A DNA stretch of 64,000 bases. Source: an uncultured Planctomycetia bacterium. GTDB lineage: Bacteria > Omnitrophota > Gorgyraeia > 2-02-FULL-51-18 > JAGOUK01. Position 1 is the stretch's first letter. Every line of letters starts with the position of its first letter. This document shows positions 51,101 through 60,100 of this stretch, piece by piece. Made by a program: the position numbers and the translations under genes. The notes under the pieces were generated by a model. That model saw only the letters and a list, made by a program, of their open reading frames with translations. It was not told the origin of the DNA and made no database searches. Location: contig CAYSFB010000002.1 of the NCBI GenBank assembly GCA_964430735.1, positions 94,027 to 158,026 of the forward strand, in the 5' to 3' direction.

Positions 51101-54100
51101 GCCGAACGTCAGAACGGCCCTCGCTTTGGGTTCACCCGGATTCGGATTGGGAGCGTACCCCGACGGACCGGTTTTGACCAAGCGCACGATCCTGACCGCC
51201 AACAGCGTTCCGAGCTCAACCACGAACAAGAACGCCGGCAGCCAGTACCACAACCACTGGGTCACCCGCCAATACTCCAAAAAGCTCAACAGCCTCATCT
51301 CCCAAACGCTGCCGCTCATCAATTCCCGGTAGCGCTCGGGGTTGACCTTCTTGAGGATCTTGCGCATGTAAATCTGCTGGGCGTGCGTTTGTCCCTCCTC
51401 ACGCTCGAGGGATTCCAGGACTGCCGGCTCCATATGCCCTTCAAGCGCGCCCGCCAGATGCTCGAGCAGCGCCTCGGCCGACGTCACCATCCGCTCGCGG
51501 TTGCCGTAGGGAAGCGCGTTCCAAAGCATGCGGGCGTCGTGCAGCGAACTCCAGTAGCGCCGGTTGATGTCGAACGCGCGCGAATCGCCGATCTGCGCGA
51601 GCACCCGGAGCGCCTGCAGCTGCACATACGGCTGTTCCGGCTGCGGCCGTTCCGTGTTGAAAATCCGCTCCCGGTACTTCCGCACTTCCTCCCATTCGGC
51701 AGGATCCTTCCAGAGGGTGCGCAGATCTTTTTCGATTTCTTCGCTCCCGACACCCAGCACGATTGACAGGAGGTGCAGCGCCTTCTGCTGGTTTTTGAGC
51801 GTGCCGAAGCCCCGCACGATGTCAACGCGCGAATCGATGTCTTCGTTCGAGAAGGTGTTCAGCGACTGCAGCATGTCCAGAATTTTTGGGTCACGCGCGT
51901 TCGCATCCCCATTCACCGTAAAATACCCGAGCGCCGCCGCGGCCCGGGACCGGACAGTCGGATCGGAGTCGTGGATCAGCCAGCGCACGTATTTTTCGTA
52001 TCTCGGGTTGCCCGAAGCTCCAAGCTTCCAAGCCGCGTACGCGCGGACCGGAGGGTTCGGGTCGGTAATCACGGGAATCAGGCCCTCCAAGCGGCCCGAC
52101 ACGACCGCGGCCTCAAATGCAGCCTTGCGCTCAGCATCCTCATCCGAACGGATGGGAAAAACCGCCGCTCCGCGACCGCGGTCGCGTCGCTGGTACTCCT
52201 GCAGCGTCCAACGCTGGGACGCATGGTTGTCGTAGTCGTGGGCATCGGACTCAAAGCCGAAGTCCGGGAGCGGCGTCGGCACGGTGTGATTGTAAATTTC
52301 CTGGATCGGGGCACCCAGGTCCGACAGCAGATCGTGAAGGGCGGCGGCGGTCGGCGTCCCGCGGTACATCATCCGGTCGGCCTCGCGGCCGCTCCCCGGC
52401 TGCCTGCCGGCCGGATCATCGCCGCGCCACACATCCATGAGTTTGGGCAAGGCCGCGGGTCCGACTCCGCGCAGGGCATCGTCGATGGCGCGCAGATAGT
52501 TCATATAAGCGCGGGCCTTTTCGGGAGTGTGCAGGTCGTCCCGCGTAAACTGATCGTCAAGTCCTTCGTACAGATGGCACAGCGGGTTGACGAGCCGGAT
52601 ATCGCCGCGGTGATTCTGCGTCATAAAGCCGATCAGCCGGATCCTCGCTTCCATCGCGATCGGCTTGTGGTCCAGCAGCCGGAACAGGATCGAGATCCGC
52701 TCCTCCTCGAGCTCCTGGAGGCGCGTCTTGAACTCGGTCATCTTGGCCTCGTACTCGGCAGTCATGTCGATCTTGGTTCTCATGTAATGGTGGTATTCCT
52801 CCGCCGAAGCCGCGCCCTTCTGGTAGATGCTGCGGAGGGCTTCTTCGAATTGCCAGGTATGCTTTGTCTTGGATTGGAAGCTGGCAAAGAACTCCGCATC
52901 GTAATTGGTCCTTTCGGCTTCGATCAGCCGGTACCGGCTGCTCCACTGCTTGAGAAACGGCGTCAACACCGACTTGATCGCGCTGTCCGCCAGGTCTCCG
53001 TCGATCATCGCGGTCAACTGCGCGTCGTAGCGGGCCCGAACCTCCGGCTTGGACAGATCCGGCCGCGCGGCTTCGGTCTGTGACGGCGCGGGGCCGGCAG
53101 CCGGAGCGCTGGGCGTGATGGCGGCGGAATTCCCTGCAAAACCCTGCCGCGGAGGAAAAGTCAGGGTGATCTCGCCTCCGGGATTGAGCCGTTGTTCGAG
53201 CGCGCCGAACGGCTTGTCCGAAAACGTTTCCGGGTGGAACCACGCGTATCCGCCCGTAAACAGGAGGAGGGTCCACAACACCGCGTGGCGCGCGGTTCTG
53301 AATATCTGGCCCGCAAAATCAAGCAGCGGGTTGTGATACTCTGCCATCCGCGCTCCGGAAGCAGACCGCATGCCGGCCGGCGGTTCGAGTTCTTTGAGTT
53401 TTTGAGCCGCTTCTTCGAGATCGGCCTCCAGTATCTTCAGCGCTTCCTTCTGCCGCTCAAGCTCCTGCTGCCGGCTGTTGACTTCGGACTCCAGCTGACG
53501 GATTTTTTCTTCCATCGGGACACGGACCGCCTTGGCTTCCGACGCTTCTTTCCCTTCCCAGGCGGCCTTGTCCAACGCGGTCCAGGGATCGCCGCCGCTG
53601 ATCGCCACTCCCAGTTTCACTTCATACAGCGCGGGTTGTTTGTTGCGGTTGAGGATCAAAACCGGCGTGTCAGGCGCCAAATCCACCGGCAGGGATCCGG
53701 CTTCCCGGGACGCGGGCAATGTAAAAAGCTTGCGCGCGGAATCAAAGACAAGCCCAAGTGATTCCCGCTGCTCAGCGGCCAACCGCTCGACCGGACGGAT
53801 CCGGGTCAACGGATGATCCGCGAAGCCCTGGAACATTTCGGCAACGGTGTAGGTCCGGGGCGCCGGCATCCCGAGTTCATGGATGGTTCCGTTGTTCAAG
53901 ATGTGGTGTTTGACTTCCTCGAGCGCCTTTTCGACGCGGACCCGGCGCTCGGCCGCATCCTTCGTCCGCTCGTCGGTCCACCGGGTCAGCGATGCCTGGG
54001 CGGACCGCAGCTCTTCCCGCTTGCGGTTCAAACCGGTTTCGGCCTCTATGACCATGACTTCCTGTAAAAAGCGCTGGTTGTCCAGATCCGCCTGCCGAAG

Positions 54101-57100
54101 CCGCCATTTCTCGATTTCGGGGTTGGCGCGGACCGGTTCCGCCTTCGGCTGGACGGGATCAGCGTGCGGTGCCGGGGCCGGTGCGGCCGGCTGAACACCT
54201 GCAGCGGGCGCGGCGGGCGCGTCCGGCATCTCCGCTGAGCGCGGCAATAATCCGTAAAACGCCAGTGCTGCGGTCAAGCCCGCGGCCCAACGCACGGCAG
54301 GACGCCGCATCATGGTCGACGCGATCCAGCCGACCCAATAAATTGCGCCGACGAGCGCCAACCCCGCGACCGCCAGAAGCGCCCGGATGGTTCCGGCGCT
54401 CAGTCGGTCGGGTCCCTTGTCAGCGGCGGAATCCGGGCGTGCGGCCGGTGCCGACGACCGTGCCGATGCGGCCGGAGCCGGAGCGGACTGGACGGACGGC
54501 TTGTCGTCAGCAGCTGGGTTGGACGCTTCATCCCCTGGAATGATTTGCGCCAAAAAGGTGTCGGCTCCGCCGGAAAGCGGCGCGGGATTCAGCAGCCCGT
54601 TTTCCGATTCAAAAAACCGGCCGAGCCCTTGAGGGTCATCAAGATTCAGCGAACCGGCCGTTTTCCTGGAACCAGGATTTGAGCGCTTCATGGACGGCAG
54701 ATAGCGGGACGGATCATCGGAAGGCCGCATGATAAACGGTTCAGGACCCTGAGCCGGCGAAACCGATGGGGAAGCAAAAGAATTATCGATCGGCGCAGGC
54801 GCTGGAACGGCGGGACCTGACGCGCCGTTGGCTGCGTTTCGCGTCTGGGCGGATTGAAAGTCCTGTATCTGCCTGTCGATCTGCGCCTGGGATTCCTGAC
54901 GCATTTGGTCGTATACGGCGTTCAGCGCGTCCAAATATTCCTGCAGCGCCGGATTATCGGCGGGATTGGGAGCCGGGGTTGGAGTCGGAGCCGGTTGCTG
55001 CGCGGCCGCCGATCCGGCGGCGGCCAGGCCGAGTAAAACGGCGAGCGAGCCGGCTGTAACCATCTGACGCATCCGCCGGAGGAGACCGCTGCCGCGGGAC
55101 GGCGCGTGGGCGCGGAGCAGCACGGCCAATTGATCGGACGACAGACCCGAGGCTTTGACCGCAAACAAGGGGTTTCCGTTCTCGCGGACAATGAGTTGGG
55201 GCGTCGATCCGGACACATTCCATTCCGCGCGCCATTCACGCGTCTCATCTTTGACGCCCTGGTATCCGTCGCCCGCCGGCTCCAGCAGATAATCCCGCGT
55301 TTCCCCGTCCTCCTCAGTGGTGATCAGAATGAACCCGTTGTCCTGAATTTGAACGAGCGCCTGGGAAGGCATTTCTTCCGGAACCGAATCGGCGGAAGGA
55401 GCGTTCGGGTTCCGGTAACTCATCGTCGGAAGACTCGTCGAACCGGCGCCGACGGGATGCTGGGTGGATTGGGTCTTCGCCTCATTCACGGTGTTCCCCG
55501 GCTCGAAGGCGCGCTGCACTCCCAACACCCGCGCCAGACCGGTGCCGATGCGTTTGCCGAAAAGGGTTTGAAGGTGTTTTTCAAAAACCCCGGAAATAAG
55601 CGACGCCTGCCGGTAACCGATCCACATTTCCGCAACGATTCCGTCGCTCAGATCCAGAAGGAAACGGTTGATCCAGTCAAGCCCGTACCGGCTGAGCCGG
55701 CCGTTGTACTTCGCGCGCAGAGGACCCATATGATCGGAAAGGATCGTGAGCGGAGGCGAATCGGGACGGATCTGGCGTTTGGAAAACGCCGAACCCTCGC
55801 GGACCTTGATGTGCGCCTGGGGCCGGCCGTAGTTGAATTCGATTCCGCCGATCTGACCGAGCACGGTGTTGGCGTCCTGGGCCTCTAACGCGACTTCCTC
55901 TCCCAGCCGTTCGTCGGTGATCCGGTGGATCGTGACCACGCCGCGGTGCGAGACGATGCCGAACCGGTGCAGAGCCCCGCGCACGATATCCGCGCCCCAC
56001 GTGATCGGGGTCAAAAACGAAAACGCCAGTGAGAAAAGCGTCGCGTTGTACCGGTCGACGATGCTTGCGACGGGCCCCCGGTCGATGAACACCTCGGGCT
56101 TGGGTCCCATGCGGTCGAACAGCGGCCGGCCGTGCGAAGTCCGGATCACCAAATGCCCGATCCACAGCGCGAAAAGCGCAAAAACGCCGTTGAGCGCTCC
56201 GATCACGTGCGCCGGAACCCAGGGCATCAAAAAGCTGAACGCGCCCCAGCCGATCGTGGAACTCACAATCACATACAGCGCGAACGGAACATAGGCGTCC
56301 ACCCACTCGGTCACATTGTCCGCACGGTAACGGGCGGCCGATTCGAGAACGGCCAGCTGCGGGGATTCCGTACGCGCGTCGGCCGACGTGACGCCCACCC
56401 GTTCCGGCAGTTCCAGACCGTAACTGACCTGCTGGAACGCGCGGAAGCCGCGCAGGTCCTGGCGGCTGATCTCTTCTTGAAGGCCGAAAGGCCGCCGGCC
56501 GGTCTCCTCGTGGATGGTCACGAGTTCGTCCATGATCCCCATGAAGATTTCTGTGAGCGCGGCCTTCGTCGCGGCGACTTCAACCGTCGCCGCCTCGTTC
56601 CAGCGCATCCGGTACTTGCCCTCCCGCGTCAGGTGCGAAAGCGTCTGGAACGTGATCGGCAGCACGGGGTCCCCCGGCATGTACCCCTGCCCCGCCGCTT
56701 CGCTCGCGGCGTTGAAGAGCTGCTGCGACACGGTGATCACACGGCCGGGGTTCGCGACCGTCGCGCGCGGCGCGTTTTGGAACTTGCGGGCCAGATGATT
56801 GGCGACAAGCACCGACTGCGTCTGGGCGGAGGTGCTCACGCCGATCACGATAGTCTTGTCATTGATGCCGCGGGTCTTCAACCCCCGGTTTTTCTGGTTC
56901 TGGGCGCGCTTCAAAAACCGGATGAACTGTCCCGAATTCATTTTGACGATGTTCAGGTGCGGCGCTGCGTCGCGCATCAGCTGGATCTGCTGGTCGAGCA
57001 GCTCCTCGTTATGGTCGACTCCGTGAAAAATGAGGTCGTACGCGCCCGATTGATCTTCATCGCCGTCAACCTTGCCCGCGCGTGCCTGCGCCTTGTCGCG

Positions 57101-60100
57101 GATCAGCCGGCGAAGGTACTGCATCGGCGCGTGGTTGCGTTTGCCCGGACGGACGGAATCCCGGACAGCGGCGGCGACGTACGGGATGTCGCGGAGGTTG
57201 TGCTTCAATTCGTCCATGTTGGCCCAATCCGCTCCCGGAGAGGGCACGTCGATTTTTTGATTGCCGTGCACCGGAAACCACGGGTTTTCACCGCGCGGGT
57301 CCTGCAGCCGGTTTGGAGCATCTTCCTGCACGTCATAGATGCGGACCGTGTTCGAATCGGCTCCGTACGTCACTTTTTCAGCGGCCAATTCCACGAGCGC
57401 GTATTGGCCGCTGCGCAGCATGACCTGCCGCGCGTCGTCTTCCAGGCGGCCCGTGGCCAAAGCGGAGGTCACCCCCATCGGCTCGGCGCTGCCGACGATC
57501 TCGCCGCGGGCTGGATTCACGCCGATCGAGAACGACTGCGTGTAATTGTAGATACCGACCCGGCGTTCGAGCGTCGTCACGACCTGAAGCGCGAACGTGC
57601 CCTCGAATTCCCGGGCGATGCTGGCCATCACCCACTGCAGACTGTGGTCAAAAAATGCCTCTTCGGCCAACTGCACGAATTCCTCCAGCCGGTCCGCGGG
57701 AATTTCCCGTCCGACGCGGCGGCGTACGATCGCCCGGAAATCCTCACGGACTTCCGGCAGCGCGCCGGACAGATCCGCCGCTCCCGGAGCAAGGATTTGC
57801 GCGGCCGTACGTCCCAGAAGCCGCGCGACGTCGCCTTCGATCCGCGACTCCCATCCGTCAAACGGCGGGCGCTTGAACTTTCCATCGACAACATCCTCGA
57901 AGTTGGGAACGCGCGAGAACCAGGCATGACGCAGCGATTTGCCCAGCAAGCCCTGAGTGAGATTAAAGTCCACATACTCGGCGGTCGTCTTGGAATCGGA
58001 ATCGCCCTTCGAACTCGATCGTGGCATGGCGTTCACGAAAAACGCGCGCGCGTGGCGCCGGCTGCTGGAATCGTTCTGGATGATGGTCCGTGTCTCGAGG
58101 ACTCCGCCGAATCGGAGCTTCATGCGCACCGCGTCCATGTCGCCGTTGTGTTCGTTCATGTTGGCGACAACAAGTTTTTCGGCGGACACGGCCCGAGTCG
58201 CGTTCGACAGATCGACCTTAAAATGTTTGAGCAATACGGGGTCCTCGTGCCAGACCGGCTGCGCGTTGTGCCAATGGGTCGCGCCGATCGTCGCGTACCG
58301 CAGGTGGATGAAGATGGCCTCAAAGCGCTTCAGCGCGCGATAACCCTTGGCGGTCACCGCCTCTAAAAAAGTGTTGAGGTTCTGCGCCAGAACATCCACG
58401 ATCTTGCGGCGCTTGCCCTTGACCAGTTTGTCGAACAGCAGATTCACCGATTTTCCGATCTGCGCGAACATCACGTATCCGGCCGACTGTCCGCCGCGGG
58501 TGGACGCGTGACGGGAGAGGATGTTCGAAAGTTCGAGCGTCCTTCCGCTGAGAACGGAGACGCTCTTTTCGCCGGCCGGGCGAAGGCGGATCACAAAGTA
58601 CGGTCCACAGGCGGAGGCTCCGCCGCCGCCGAAGATCACGCCCAGATCCGGCAGCGAAACAGCCGTGAGGGCCGAAACCGCAGCCACCGAATAAGCCGCA
58701 AAATTGAGGAAGGAGTGCCCTAAACCCGAAAAATCGGAGGCCCAACCGCTCACCGCCGCGGCGGCGGCCATCGTGGCCGTGTTGAAGGCGATTCCTCCGA
58801 GCGCCGTCCAGCGCCTGGCTGGACCGCCGGCAATTTTTTCCAGGGAAACGACGGAGGCCAGGGCCTGCGGCACCGGAGCGAACGGAATCAGAGATGCTCC
58901 GACGTCACCCCAGGAAACCCCTTCACGGATAAAGTCCGACGAAGCGACCGGCGCACCGACCGTCGCGGCGTTCAGAGCATGGCCGGAGCCATGCGCCAAA
59001 AAGGCGGCGGCGTTCACGGCTCTGAAAAAAACCGCCAATCCCAGTACGAGCGGCCACCCCTGCGGCAGAAGAAAAACGGCGGAGCCGAATGACACGGCAA
59101 CTGCCGCGGCGGCGGCTTCCGGCAAAGCGCGGCGGATCAGGCCATTCCATACACCGGATGCCATACGCGCGGCGGCTGCCGGGAGCGGGCTTTTCTTTGC
59201 GGCCGGCGGCGGGAATTGGTTCAGATAGGCTTCGACGTCCGCGTCGCCCTCCTGGACCGTTCGCAGCTTGAGTGATCCGGCAGGCCGGGGAGCGGATTTT
59301 TTGGGAGCCGCGTGTGACGCTGCTGCAGCGGGCGGCGGGCGTCGGTCAGAAAGACGCCGTGCGGCGGGCGGACCTTCTTTGGATGTGTCGGGCTGCAAAA
59401 GCGCCGGCCGGATGAAAACCGGGTTCAAGCGCGTCGTGTCGATCTGAACGGCCTTCGGCAAACCGGCGATTTCTCCCTTCGGCGTCACCGGCACCTGCAG
59501 TTCGGCGCCGTCTCCGAAGGTGACCGCGTAAGCGGGTCCGGAGGGCGTTCCTATTTTTTGGACGCGCCGGATGCCGCCGAGCTCCCGCCGGACTTTTTCC
59601 GGCGAAACGCCGGTTCTCCCGGAATGCTTCCAGGCGCGCTCCAGCTGTTGCAAATAGGGGTCCGAATTTTCGCTTTTCAGCAGGTCCGCGCCGACCAGCC
59701 GCGCGCTCACAGCCAGAAGCGCTACGGTCTCGCGTAAATTGGCCTGCTGTCCCAGCCACTCGGGCGTAAAACGCTCCAGCGGCGCCGAAAGCGTGAACCG
59801 GCTGCCATCGAGCTGTTCGCGGATCTGCGAGGGGCGGCGTGTGAGAAGCGTCAGATACGGGCGTTCGCCGTCCTTCGGATCGAACTTGGGCATGATAACC
59901 AGGTGCGACACCTGGCCGTCCTTCATCAGCTGTGATAAGCCCTCGGAGTGGAACCCTCCGGTCACGAGTGCTGCCGTGCGCACGCCGTCCTGACGCATTT
60001 TTTTGAGCGTGTTCTCGAGCAGCATCCGGTCGCGTCGGATCGCCAATTGATAAAAGCGTCTCGCATCCGGCAACGCGCGGACCAGCCGGCGCTCGTCCTC

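Noticed and set aside
51773-58366. Long + strand ORFs inside giant B (436 aa at 51773..53083, 744 aa at 56132..58366) and minus-strand ORFs in other frames (e.g. 52557..53276)
   Set aside because: Arg/His/Asp-rich antisense or frame artefacts. The 4429-aa frame is continuous, has a good RBS, TM helices and recognisable domains.
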